Notes: generated from the sequence alone by a model not told the origin. A stretch of 64,000 nucleotides of DNA from Phycisphaerales bacterium (GCA_027451365.1 DAIDJN010000084.1:1-64000); one strand, 5' to 3'; counted from the stretch's first letter, positions 21,006 through 34,100 are shown. Translations and numbers: made by a program.

Positions 21006-21295
21006 AGTGCCAGCAAACCATGCGGGGAACGCGCAGTTCCCACCGCCGATTGTGAATCCTTGTATTGCAAAGGGCGTCGATAAAATCATTCGGGTAATTC
21101 GCCCCGGCAGACGCTCTTTGCTGGACCTGGCTTTTAACCACTCGCTAAGCACTTCGGTAATCTTTATGATGGAACGGATTGGTCGGTTGCACGTGGCTTG
21201 GTCGCGTGCGCCGTCGTATATTATTCGAGTGCGTTGGCGCTGGCGTGCACACGCAGTGGAATGATCGGGCATCGTAAACGCAGCAGGTTTTCACA

Positions 21296-24200
21296 ATGGC
21301 GAATTATCCACGAGCAAGCCCCGCCCGCTGGTGGAAGACAAAATCGATTGGCAAACCGCATCGGTCGCCTCATGCCATGTTCGTTGGTCGCACGCGCTGG
21401 TGGGCTTCGATGTTATTGCTGGTCATTCTGGTGATGATGGTGGGGGGCGGCTGGTACTTGGCGAATCCGCGGCGCATCAGCCAGATGGCCGGAATTCTGC
21501 TTTCGCATGTTCTTGGGGGGCATGTGACCGTCGCCACCGGTCGCGTTTCACTGGCTGGCACCATTGAACTTTCCGGCGTCCGATTGCGCACGCGTAACTC
21601 CCATGGCCCGGCAGCCACCATTTTTTCTGCCGACCGCGTGCAGGTGCGTTTCAACTGGCTTAGTCTGCTTAACGGGCACCTGCGTGCAACCCAGCTTACC
21701 GCGGTTCATCCAGTGCTGAATCTGGTGGATAACCGGGACACCGGTCGCTGGAATTATCAAAGCTTTTTACATTTTCACGGGGGGGCCGCCTCCGGCCCGG
21801 CGGTGGTCCCATCCCCGGTGATCGGTCAGCGTGTTGCCGGTCCAACCATTCATCTTCCCGCTATTCAACTGCACTCTGCAGTTATCCGATGGGGGCGCGT
21901 CGAACATGGCCGCTATGCCGTCACCGGCCAAAGTGTCATTGACGCACAATTGGGACCCGTGCCGCGCCGCCGGTCTGTTTATCAGATGGAGATTCAGCAG
22001 CGTTCAGTGGATGGACGCGCCGGCATTAATATTTCCGGTCGCTGGAACGTTTCCACGCATCGGCTTGACGCGCATATTCCGCGGCTGGTTCTTTCACGGG
22101 CCTTTCGCCGGACACTTCCGGCTCAATTGCAGGACTGGTGGCGGCGATTCCATTTTCAGGGAGAACTGCGGAATATATCGATGGCGGTAGGTCCTTATCG
22201 TGGCATCAGAATTGCGGCGACCCTGAAAAATGTTTCCATGCACCTGATTGTGCCAAGTCGACGGGTCGGGGCGCAGGTTGTGCCGATTGAACATTTAAGC
22301 GGTCTGGTACGCGCAGGCAGCACGGCGACACACATATCCAATCTGACGGGTAGCATTCTTGGCTTCGCGTTCAAGGTGCCCGAAGCCTCCTTTGACGGCT
22401 ATGCGGATAACAGCCCCTTTGACGTCCGGCTGGATTTGCCGGGATTTGATCTGCCGCGAAAATATCCGGCCATACTGTCCACGCGTCCTATGGCTTTGGC
22501 CCGGGCAATCATTTATCGTTTGCGTCCAAGTGGTAAAATGGATATCACTATTCATGTACATAAATCTATTTCAGACGCGGTGCCACGGATACGCGGTGCA
22601 ATTGTGTGCCATGGCGTCAGCGCCCGGTACGTGCACTTTCCCTATCCGTTTTATGATGTTCGGGGCCTGATCCGCTTCAGCCGACACGCGATACGGTTTG
22701 TGGACCTTCGCGGAAAAGCGGAGCAATATCCCATGACTTTGACCGGCCTGGTTTCCATTAACGAGGACAACGGGCCAATAGATCTTCATATCGCTTCGCC
22801 GCGAATCTTGTTTGATCAGCGACTGGGGGCCTGCCTGCCACATGATCTGGCCCCTATCTGGGCGCGTTTCAACCCAGTGGGAACGGGACATTTTTACTGC
22901 CATGTGGTGCGGGCCGCGGGCAGTACCGCCGATCCGGACATACGAATTCACATATTCCCGACGGATACATCGGGCCGCTACTCTGATTTTCCTTATCCGC
23001 TTTCCCACGTGCATGGGGAAATGCTCTTTGCCAACCATACCATGCGAATCATACGCCTTGCCGCGCCCGTGGCCATCCGGCATCCGGTACCCGGCGGGCC
23101 GACCATGGGAAAAATTGTCTTTACCGGTTCCGTTGCTTACAACAGTGGAAGCCTGCGAGACCTGCGGCCGCACGTGCGAGTTGTCGCAACCAATGTTCCA
23201 GTCAATAAACTGCTCTGGCAAAGCATGCCGCGATCTTACGGCAAATGGTTGCGCACCTTTCATGTGCGCGGTCTGGCGGGAATGGATGCTTTAATAACAC
23301 GCGGCCCGAATGGTGACCCCAGCGTTCGCGGAACGCTTACTCTAAGACATGGAAGGATACGTTATTCCATGTTGCCATGGCCGGTTACCCATCTGGCTAT
23401 TCAAGGAGACCTCGGTCCAAGTCACCTTACTCTTTCAAGAATCGATGGACTGACCGGACAGGGCGCAACAGGTGGTATTGAGGCCGCCGCCGGTGTCCGT
23501 GAATCGCCTGATGGACGAGTCGCGGTTACCGTTCGCGGACGCTGGAATGGCGTGAACGTATCGGGTACACCAGCAACGAAATTGCCGGCCGCGTGGCAAA
23601 AGGCTTGGAAATCCGCAAAACCGACTGGCAGAATAAATGGATTGTTTTCCGCGGCGATTGATGTTTCCCCAGGCTCCTCCGGCAAATCCCACATCACCAT
23701 TCCGCACTACCGCGTGACCGTCACGCCGGTGAACATGAGCCTGAACTACAAACCGCTCGGCGCTCCCATACGCAACATTCAAGGCTCGGTCGCCATTCAT
23801 CCCGGACGCATTGTGCTTAATTCAATTGAAGCCCGACTGGATAACGTGCAACTGTACGCGCACGGAGACTATTTGTTTAAAACCCGCGACGCAGCGCTTT
23901 CGCTGTATGCGTCCGCACCGGACCTGGACCCAAAGCTGGTACAGGTTTTACCGGCACCGGCACGCCGGTTTATTAAGCCGCTTGATCCGCACGGTGCCTG
24001 GTATCTGACACTGTCGAGTCTGTCCCGCACGGTTGTGGATAAGAAATCGCAGTGGAGTTTTGCCGGAAATCTTATCGTGGCACAAGCTTCCACCGGCGGC
24101 TGGTTCAAAACGTCCGCCAGTAATGCCGCCGTTTCCCTTGCGGGACGCTGGCTGCAGGGCCAGAGTGTGCCGGATGTAGTGGGACAATTCTCGCTCACTA

Positions 24201-24901
24201 AACTGACCGTTGGCGGAAAATTGCTTAATCCTCTTTCCGGTCGAATAGTGACTGACGCAACTGCGCGAACAATCTCCATCGGTCGGGTAAAAGGCCGGGT
24301 AGCCGGAGGAACCCTTCAGGGAGCAGTTCGGCTGAACGTGGGGAAAAATGCCAGATATAAGGCAGATTTCTCCCTTGCAAATGTCAGACTTGGACGGCTG
24401 CTCGCGGAAAATTATCCCGGACCACTCCAGCCCACGCACAACTCCGGTCGGGTGGACGCCAGTTTGCATCTGACCGGTGAGCTGGCGAATGCGGCTACGC
24501 GGTCCGGTCGCGGCCGCCTGACTATTTCCAAGGCGAGTTTATTCAACGTTCCGCTGGCCATGGGGCTAATGCAGATTGCCACACTGCGATTGCCTATCAG
24601 CCGGGCTTTTACCCATGCCGGCCTTACCTATACGCTGCGCCACAACACCGTTCATTTTTCCAATATCAGCTTGCACAGCAGTGGAATTAATGTCGTTGGG
24701 AACGGAAAACTCAACATGCGCACGCGCAAACTCAATATTCACATGCAGACGGAATCGCCGAGCGGCACGCGCCTGCCGGTAATAGGTTTTTTCTTCGGGC
24801 TGGCGCGGGCACAACTCCTGCAAATATGGATCAACGGCACCGTAGCGCATCCCAAAGTTCATGCCGTGCCATTGCGACTATTGAGTTGGCCTTTCGAGTA
24901 A
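21296..24901 (+). CDS. AsmA-like / YhdP-TamB superfamily bridge protein
   Basis: N-terminal TM anchor (WWASMLLLVILVMMVGGGWYL), repeated beta-taco segments (FPYPFYDVRGLIRF, FPYPLSHVHGEMLF) and an AsmA-type C-terminus (GNGKLNM..IWINGTVAHPKV). Confidence 0.75.
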   Translation: MANYPRASPARWWKTKSIGKPHRSPHAMFVGRTRWWASMLLLVILVMMVGGGWYLANPRRISQMAGILLSHVLGGHVTVATGRVSLAGTIELSGVRLRTRNSHGPAATIFSADRVQVRFNWLSLLNGHLRATQLTAVHPVLNLVDNRDTGRWNYQSFLHFHGGAASGPAVVPSPVIGQRVAGPTIHLPAIQLHSAVIRWGRVEHGRYAVTGQSVIDAQLGPVPRRRSVYQMEIQQRSVDGRAGINISGRWNVSTHRLDAHIPRLVLSRAFRRTLPAQLQDWWRRFHFQGELRNISMAVGPYRGIRIAATLKNVSMHLIVPSRRVGAQVVPIEHLSGLVRAGSTATHISNLTGSILGFAFKVPEASFDGYADNSPFDVRLDLPGFDLPRKYPAILSTRPMALARAIIYRLRPSGKMDITIHVHKSISDAVPRIRGAIVCHGVSARYVHFPYPFYDVRGLIRFSRHAIRFVDLRGKAEQYPMTLTGLVSINEDNGPIDLHIASPRILFDQRLGACLPHDLAPIWARFNPVGTGHFYCHVVRAAGSTADPDIRIHIFPTDTSGRYSDFPYPLSHVHGEMLFANHTMRIIRLAAPVAIRHPVPGGPTMGKIVFTGSVAYNSGSLRDLRPHVRVVATNVPVNKLLWQSMPRSYGKWLRTFHVRGLAGMDALITRGPNGDPSVRGTLTLRHGRIRYSMLPWPVTHLAIQGDLGPSHLTLSRIDGLTGQGATGGIEAAAGVRESPDGRVAVTVRGRWNGVNVSGTPATKLPAAWQKAWKSAKPTGRINGLFSAAIDVSPGSSGKSHITIPHYRVTVTPVNMSLNYKPLGAPIRNIQGSVAIHPGRIVLNSIEARLDNVQLYAHGDYLFKTRDAALSLYASAPDLDPKLVQVLPAPARRFIKPLDPHGAWYLTLSSLSRTVVDKKSQWSFAGNLIVAQASTGGWFKTSASNAAVSLAGRWLQGQSVPDVVGQFSLTKLTVGGKLLNPLSGRIVTDATARTISIGRVKGRVAGGTLQGAVRLNVGKNARYKADFSLANVRLGRLLAENYPGPLQPTHNSGRVDASLHLTGELANAATRSGRGRLTISKASLFNVPLAMGLMQIATLRLPISRAFTHAGLTYTLRHNTVHFSNISLHSSGINVVGNGKLNMRTRKLNIHMQTESPSGTRLPVIGFFFGLARAQLLQIWINGTVAHPKVHAVPLRLLSWPFE

Positions 24902-24962
24902 AAAGGGCGATTAAGGAGTCGTGGCTAAGATTTCCGTGCATCCGGCTAAATCGTGCCCGCGC

Positions 24963-26357
24963 TTATTTTGCTCCAGGAAAAATCTGCGGGTTGGCCTGCC
25001 CATTACTGTTGACCGCAGGCTGTGCCGGGCCGCCGTTGCCGCTGTTTGCGCCCGTGCCGGCACCCGTGCCGAAACCTGCATTGCGCGGAACCGCCCCTGA
25101 GCCACCAGCCGGTATTGCGCCGCCCATGGGTTGGAGATTGGGTTTCAGGAAAAGGTAATACAGTCGCCCTTTGCTGAATTCATAGCCAGCCTGGGTTTCA
25201 GCTAGCGGGCCTGTACCCATGTAAATATCCGCGCGGCCAGCGGCGCGAATGGCTCCGCCCGTGTCCTGATCCAGAAGAAAACCGGTGAACGGAGCGATAT
25301 TTCCCCGGGTATCGGGCATTTGTGCCTGGACAAATGTGACTGCGGCCCGTGGGAAAATACTCTGGTATGGGGGCGCATTGATCGTCTTGTCCGTGGCCAG
25401 CGTGCGATGGTCCGTCACTTTTACGCCAAGCGATCCAAGCGGCCAGTGCGCCGGATTATAAACTTTCAGGAACGCCATAAAGTGATTCTTCAGGATCAGA
25501 TTTTCCACTTCCTGTGGATGAACCTGAAAATAATTCTGAATCGCGACCAGCGACAGTTTCCGTCGCGAAATTTTTCCTGCTTTAACCAGCGCCATTCCCA
25601 GGCCCGAATATGTGCGGCCATTGTCCCCGGCATAGCCGATGGTCATCTGTTGGCCGTTGTTCAGGATGACTTTCGCCGAACCTTGAATTTCGGCCACGTA
25701 CGCATCCAGAGGATTGGCAAACCAGACCAGTTCATGCCCGGCCAGAAGATTGCCCTGGATTAACTGGCGGCGGGTGGGAAACCGTTTGTAACCGCCGCCG
25801 GGAAGCAATTGGCCAAGCACCTGCCCGGTAATCGGATTGCTGACCAGATTTTTCGGCCGCTTGTAAACCGGGTATTGGTACTGCGCTGTGCGGGTAAGGC
25901 TGCCGTAAAGAATTGGTGTGTAATATCCGGTATACCATACGCTGCCACGGTCGTCGTAACCTTTGGCAATATACACATCATAACGGGTGTCAATCATTTG
26001 CTGGAATTCAGCCGCCGAGGCAATGTTCCGCACCATGTACCTGAAGTCGTAAAGGCTGGCAAGCTCCTGCTGATGGGTAATCGGACCATCGGGAAAGAAC
26101 ATATGGCTGGATTTTGTATTCATGAACTGGATGGAACGGTTGATGGCGGTTATCAGTCCAGTTTTATTCATGAATGCGGCCTGCATGTTGGGATATTCCG
26201 AAACAGGCAGTTTGCGGAGTCCCCATTCGCCCGGAGCCAACTGATGGTCCACATTAAGGTGTGGCGCGGGAACCACGGTATTGTTGTGCGTGGCACAGCC
26301 GGCAACGCCCAGAAGCATTGAGGCAATTAACACGGGTACTATCCGAAAACATTTCAT
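24963..26357 (-). CDS. mltA: Membrane-bound lytic murein transglycosylase A (lipoprotein)
   Basis: Lipobox LLGVAGC; TGYYTP, YPVYKRP, IQGS, GYAGDNGRTY; 3D domain DQDTGGAI...RADIYMG. Confidence 0.9.
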   Translation of the reverse strand: MKCFRIVPVLIASMLLGVAGCATHNNTVVPAPHLNVDHQLAPGEWGLRKLPVSEYPNMQAAFMNKTGLITAINRSIQFMNTKSSHMFFPDGPITHQQELASLYDFRYMVRNIASAAEFQQMIDTRYDVYIAKGYDDRGSVWYTGYYTPILYGSLTRTAQYQYPVYKRPKNLVSNPITGQVLGQLLPGGGYKRFPTRRQLIQGNLLAGHELVWFANPLDAYVAEIQGSAKVILNNGQQMTIGYAGDNGRTYSGLGMALVKAGKISRRKLSLVAIQNYFQVHPQEVENLILKNHFMAFLKVYNPAHWPLGSLGVKVTDHRTLATDKTINAPPYQSIFPRAAVTFVQAQMPDTRGNIAPFTGFLLDQDTGGAIRAAGRADIYMGTGPLAETQAGYEFSKGRLYYLFLKPNLQPMGGAIPAGGSGAVPRNAGFGTGAGTGANSGNGGPAQPAVNSNGQANPQIFPGAK

Positions 26358-26467
26358 AATGGAAATCCTTTTCTTGCACGCATCATTATGCAGCCTTTAA
26401 GGTTACTGGTTGGACGCGATTTTGGCAAAACAGAGGTAACCGCGGTGCGGGTCGGTTTGGCAACTCA

Positions 26468-28018
26468 ATGCTGCTGTTTACCTTTCCCAGCGCTTTTCGC
26501 GTATTCTACTACGTTGCCATGGGCGAAGAACGTAAATCCGCAATGATATTCTGGGCGCTGTTCGGCGCGGTGGAACTGCTCTGGCTGTTGGCCAGCATGG
26601 GGGGGACCTGGTTTGTGGCCCATGCAGTCTATGCGCGCGATCAGCGCTCGCGGCTGGCGCTGGCTTCACAAATTCTGCGGGCTGACCTGGTTGCTTTTCC
26701 ACCCCACAGCGATAGTTTCGGAAGTTATCTAGCCTGGGCGCAGCGGGTGGTGCCGCTGGTCAACAGGTATGGCCGTCAGTTTGCGGGTATCGGTTACGTT
26801 CTGGTCTGGAACCGCAATGGGGATGTAGCTTTACTGGCGGTTCGTGAGGGTAACGCCTTCGACTTGGTGGCTCCTCTGGTGGACCATGTACTAAGCCCAC
26901 AGGCTTGGGCCGCCCCGGATGCAACCGGGAGTTCGCCGTTCCGTCACATCAATCGACTGCCTTGGGTTCAGTCCGGCAATTTTATTGATTTCACTACTTA
27001 TTTTAACGCTCCGCCGATCCGCCATTCGCAGACAGCCAAACGGTTTCACGGTTATATGAGCATGGGGCTGAGCGAAAGCTGGCTCGCCAGCCGGTTTGTA
27101 ACCGCGGCGCGGCGCCCTTTGGAAATATCGTTGTTAATCGCGCTGGGCGGAATGGCCGCGCTGGGATTTCTATTTTTCCTGGTCATGCGGCGATTTGAAT
27201 ACGCCCGCCAGCAATATGCCCAGACGCTGCGTGCCCGCACAAGTCTATTAAGTGAACGCGGGATGCTGGCTTCTGTGCTGGCCCATGAGGTCCGATCTCC
27301 CTTGACCGCCTTGCGTTTCAACCTCCATTTTCTCCGCAGCCTGGTGGAGGCACCAATTGTCGAACGCGATCGACAGATTGAAATGACGCACGCCTGCGAA
27401 CGCGAGGTTCGGCGACTGGATCTGATGCTGGACGATTTCCTGCAGCGCACACAGATTATCACCGACGCGCGGGATGCTTCGCTGAATACGGTGGTGGCTG
27501 AAGCTCTGGATTTCCTGCATTCGGCAATGGAAAGTCAGGCTATTCGTGTCATTACCCATTTGCAGCCTGGCGATGTGCAGGTCTCAATTGGAGCGGACGA
27601 ATTGCGGCAGGTGCTGCTGAATTTGTGTGCTAACGCGCAGGATGCCATGCCACGCGGCGGTACGCTGGCGGTTTCCACGGTCGCCGAAGCCGACAGTGCC
27701 CTGTTGCTGATACGCGACAGTGGTGTGGGTATTGATCCAACCGTGCAATCTCGCGTTTTCGAGCCTTTTTTTACTACCAAGCCGCGCGGGAGTGGACTGG
27801 GGTTGGCCCTGGTTCGGCGGGTTATAAGCGGAGCGGGCGGCACTATATTATTTGAAAGCGAGCCAGGAAAAGGAACCACATTTCGAATTGTGCTGCCCCG
27901 CAGCGTTGCGCCGCAGCCGCGGCAGGAGTTTCCTGCCGCCGGGACGATGGAACAGGATAGCCACTCAGGCAATGTGCCCCGACCGCATCCGGCGGCGAAA
28001 CCGCCGGATGCGGAATAA
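26468..28018 (+). CDS. Membrane sensor histidine kinase (no adjacent response regulator)
   Basis: Two TM segments, H-box LAHEVRSPL, N-box QVLLNLCANA, DSGVGI, FEPFFTTK and GSGLGL. The start may be 26519. Confidence 0.9.
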   Translation: MLLFTFPSAFRVFYYVAMGEERKSAMIFWALFGAVELLWLLASMGGTWFVAHAVYARDQRSRLALASQILRADLVAFPPHSDSFGSYLAWAQRVVPLVNRYGRQFAGIGYVLVWNRNGDVALLAVREGNAFDLVAPLVDHVLSPQAWAAPDATGSSPFRHINRLPWVQSGNFIDFTTYFNAPPIRHSQTAKRFHGYMSMGLSESWLASRFVTAARRPLEISLLIALGGMAALGFLFFLVMRRFEYARQQYAQTLRARTSLLSERGMLASVLAHEVRSPLTALRFNLHFLRSLVEAPIVERDRQIEMTHACEREVRRLDLMLDDFLQRTQIITDARDASLNTVVAEALDFLHSAMESQAIRVITHLQPGDVQVSIGADELRQVLLNLCANAQDAMPRGGTLAVSTVAEADSALLLIRDSGVGIDPTVQSRVFEPFFTTKPRGSGLGLALVRRVISGAGGTILFESEPGKGTTFRIVLPRSVAPQPRQEFPAAGTMEQDSHSGNVPRPHPAAKPPDAE

Positions 28019-28163
28019 TTCCTGACTGGATAAGAATTCGCATTTTGGCAGACTGAATTTATGCAGGTACAGTTCTGGCCGGTCGATTATTACAATACGT
28101 TCTTGAACAGGCATGCTTGCCCGACTTGGCTGGGCGGACGGCAACCAGAGGAGGTTTCAACTG

Positions 28164-29039
28164 ATGATGTACGAAAAGAATCCGGCAAGTCCCATTGACC
28201 CAACCGCACGCGATATGTGGCGCGTCTTCCGTATCATGGCGGAATTTGTGGAAGGGTTCGAGGCGCTGGCCAATCTTGGGCCCGCTGTTACCATCTTCGG
28301 ATCTGCGCGCACGCCCCGCAATCATCCGGATTACTGCCGCGCCAGAGACCTGGGGGCCATGCTCGCACATCACAAATTTGCCGTGATCACCGGTGGTGGC
28401 CCCGGCATTATGGAAGCGGCCAATTCCGGAGCGAGGGATGCTGGCGGTGTATCAGTTGGATTGAATATAAGCCTTCCTGCTGAACAGTACGCCAATCAGT
28501 ACCAGACTATCAGCCTGAATCATCATTATTTTTTTGTACGCAAAACCATGTTTATCAAATACGCCCATGCGATCGTCTGCTTTCCGGGCGGTTATGGAAC
28601 TATGGACGAATGCTTTGAAATTCTTACACTCATCCAGACCCTGAAAATTGATCCGCGTCCCGTGGTGCTGGTGGGCGTTAAATTCTGGACCGGTCTGGTA
28701 AACTGGCTTCGTGATACGATGGGCCATGACCACAAGACTATCAATCTCGCGGACCTCAACATTTTCCGGCTGGTCGACAGCGCACAGGAAGCCTGTGAAA
28801 TTATTCTTGAGTCAGAGCAGGGGCGCTGCTGGGGGCCGGCACCATCAGGCTTTTCGGGATTAAACGCCGACCAGCCTCCTTCGCCGGAGGGCACACGATA
28901 CGGCCCGATTCCGCAGGTGCGGCACGAAATTATTCAACAGCCGGATTTGCCGATAGTGGCTACCTCCCGGCGCAAAAAACCGCGACGCGGTGTGGTTGGC
29001 CGCCGTCCGCCGCGCCGTCGACCTGTGATTCGCGGTTGA
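28164..29039 (+). CDS. LOG family (TIGR00730-type) nucleotide phosphoribohydrolase with Arg-rich tail
   Basis: VTIFGSAR, ITGGGPGIMEAAN, YFFVRK and FPGGYGTMDE motifs. RBS GGAGG precedes the ATG at 28164. Confidence 0.9.
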   Translation: MMYEKNPASPIDPTARDMWRVFRIMAEFVEGFEALANLGPAVTIFGSARTPRNHPDYCRARDLGAMLAHHKFAVITGGGPGIMEAANSGARDAGGVSVGLNISLPAEQYANQYQTISLNHHYFFVRKTMFIKYAHAIVCFPGGYGTMDECFEILTLIQTLKIDPRPVVLVGVKFWTGLVNWLRDTMGHDHKTINLADLNIFRLVDSAQEACEIILESEQGRCWGPAPSGFSGLNADQPPSPEGTRYGPIPQVRHEIIQQPDLPIVATSRRKKPRRGVVGRRPPRRRPVIRG

Positions 29040-29083
29040 GTGCCCGTTACCGGCGGGCGGATTGCCTTGGGAGTATCCGCTTG

Positions 29084-30574
29084 TCAGCCGACTCCCCCTT
29101 CTTCACTGCGACCAAAAAGCAAGTCTACCAGCGGGCGGTCGCTCTGATCAAAGAAAATATATACATGGTCGCCGGCCTGCAGCACCGTTCCACCGCGCGC
29201 CGCCACCAGATTACCATTACGCACTATAAGCATCACCGCCGCGGTGGGGGGCAGTTCCAGATCACTAAGTTTTGCGCCGCAAACCGCGACCGACGGCTCA
29301 ATAAGATAGGACTTCATTTCGCTGGTTAGCGGGCGGGGTGAATTAATTTCAAGGACCGCTTCGGGCGCGGGCTTTTCGTCAGAGGCGAGTCCCAGCCGCC
29401 GGGTCGCCCAGCGAATAGTTGAGCCGGGAAAGATGGTGTTAATGACCACCACGAAAAACACAATATTGAATATGTTTTGTGCACCGGGCAGGTGGGCCAT
29501 AAGGGGAAAGGTGGCCAGAATAACCGGTACCGCCCCGCGCAATCCGACCCAACCGATAAACGCAGTTTCCCGCGCCGAAAACCGCAGTGGTAACAGACAT
29601 ATGGCTACTGCGACAGGACGGGCAATGACTGCCAACAGCACGGCTATGGCCAGACCAATCCAAGCCACGTGCAGCAATTCGGACGGAAGCACCATAAGCC
29701 CCAGCATCAAGAACATGCCGATTTGCGCCAGCCACCCCAACGCTGCGTGCACACGCACCAAACCGCCGCGATAGGGCAGTGTAGGAGCATTTAAGAAAAC
29801 GCCGGTAAGGTATACTGCCAGAAAGCCGCTTCCGTTGATCAGCGTGGTCCCGGAATAGCTTACCAGCGCTGCCGCCAGCGTGAATACGGGTACGAGGCCT
29901 GAGGTGCTTAAGGTGGCGCGACGAAGCACGTACCTCGCGCCGATGCCCACGCCAATGCCGACGGCCGCTCCAATTCCCAGTTGTATGGGAATGTTCAGCA
30001 GCAGCTTCCAGATGGATTCCTTATGCTTTTCGATGATTGCGATGACCAGGGTTGTGAGCATGACGGCCGTCGGATCGTTGAAGCAGGATTCAATTTCTAT
30101 CAGCCGGCCCAGTTTTGGTTTCAGATTCAGTTTGCCAGCCCGCAGGACCGAAAATACTGCCGCAGCATCGGTGCTCGACACCACCGCCCCGATCAACATG
30201 GATTCTGAAAGACTCAGTCCGCAAAGGCTTGCCACCAAAGCGGTCAGCGCGGCGGTAAGCACTACACCCAGCGTAGCCAATAATGAGGATGCCCAAAGGA
30301 CCTTGCGGATTTCAGTTGCCGTCGTATTAAAGCCGCCTTCAAAAAGAATCAGCACCAATGCGATTGTGCCGAGCCGATATGCGAAATGAAAATTATGGAG
30401 CCAGATTCCACCAAAACCTTCGGGCCCTCCCAGCATACCCAGAATAAGCAGCAGCAGAACGGTCGGAACCCCAAGTCGGTCCATGGCGCGGCTGGAAAGC
30501 ACGGCAATAAGCATCAGAATGCCGAAGATCATCAGCATGACCGCGGTGGCCAGCGGTTCGGTTGCCATGACCAT
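29084..30574 (-). CDS. K+/H+ antiporter, NhaP2/CvrA type, with C-terminal TrkA-C (RCK_C) domain
   Basis: CPA1 motifs SSTDAAAVFSVLR, ESCFNDP, WVGLRGAVPVILA; C-terminal IVRNG...GGTVLQAGD. The start is probably 30574 or 30568 rather than 30727. Confidence 0.9.
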   Translation of the reverse strand: MVMATEPLATAVMLMIFGILMLIAVLSSRAMDRLGVPTVLLLLILGMLGGPEGFGGIWLHNFHFAYRLGTIALVLILFEGGFNTTATEIRKVLWASSLLATLGVVLTAALTALVASLCGLSLSESMLIGAVVSSTDAAAVFSVLRAGKLNLKPKLGRLIEIESCFNDPTAVMLTTLVIAIIEKHKESIWKLLLNIPIQLGIGAAVGIGVGIGARYVLRRATLSTSGLVPVFTLAAALVSYSGTTLINGSGFLAVYLTGVFLNAPTLPYRGGLVRVHAALGWLAQIGMFLMLGLMVLPSELLHVAWIGLAIAVLLAVIARPVAVAICLLPLRFSARETAFIGWVGLRGAVPVILATFPLMAHLPGAQNIFNIVFFVVVINTIFPGSTIRWATRRLGLASDEKPAPEAVLEINSPRPLTSEMKSYLIEPSVAVCGAKLSDLELPPTAAVMLIVRNGNLVAARGGTVLQAGDHVYIFFDQSDRPLVDLLFGRSEEGGVG

Positions 30575-31178
30575 AGCATTGACTGTGGCGCATAAATGTG
30601 TTGCCGTTACGAACATGGTCGCTATGTTAATGCCAGGAAGGGCCAAACCCAACATCGGAGCAGCCGCCAGGGCGGTAACAGAAGTTCCTGGTCGTGCTAC
30701 TGTCCAGTCCTTCGGCGTCGGGTCCACTTGAACAACGGGATATCAAATACATAGGGATCTTTACATTAGTGGTTCATTTCTGTCGAAATTTATTCAGCCG
30801 ATGGATCCGTGTGCTTGACGATGGATGTCTCTTTTTAACCAACGGTTGTGTCTGACACAGAATTCTCAGTGAATCAAAGTTTGAGAATTGCCGGGCCGGG
30901 TGGGGGTGCGGTTGGCAAAAGTCGTCCCCGTGCCACGCACGGTAAACGTACTGGGCATCAGATGCCCCAAGTGCAGATGCACACAATGTTAAACAGCATG
31001 GCAAAACCTACGTTGTGGTCTGTCAGACTGGTTCCATAGATCGGTGGGCAAGGAACATGTTCATAGAACCGACGTCGAGTTGTTTTAAAATGCCCGGAGA
31101 ATTTAAATTCCCGACCGCCTGAAAGCTGCAGTGTAATATTATTCACGCCTGTGGACTCCACGTGAGTTCAGACGCGTG

Positions 31179-31385
31179 TCAACGGTTGGAGCGGCCCACA
31201 AGGAAGTAGATGATGGAGCCGACCAAAGGTAGCAGAAACATGAGAATGACCCAGAGAATTTTGTGCAGGAACGGCTTGCGGCTCAGCACTACATCCACCA
31301 GCATCCAGAGCCAGAATAAAAAGGCGATCACGCACAGAATGCCGTAGAAAAACGCGATTACAAGATGTGCACCGGAAAATACCAT
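31179..31385 (-). CDS. Small membrane protein, PLDc N-terminal domain family
   Basis: WLWMLVDV....K.LWVILMFLLPLVGSIIYFLVGR signature; GGAG upstream of the ATG at 31385. Confidence 0.75.
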   Translation of the reverse strand: MVFSGAHLVIAFFYGILCVIAFLFWLWMLVDVVLSRKPFLHKILWVILMFLLPLVGSIIYFLVGRSNR

Positions 31386-31433
31386 GGGGTGAATACTCCG
31401 TCTTTCCTGTTCGCGGTTCTGCACCGCACCGGA

Positions 31434-34010
<2,577 letters not shown>

Positions 34011-34100
34011 TCACATTTTTTTAGGGATTCACAACCATCCGTGACGTCACAAATTCCGCCGATTTTACTGCCCGCTTCTACACGCAGCGGGGAAATAGAG

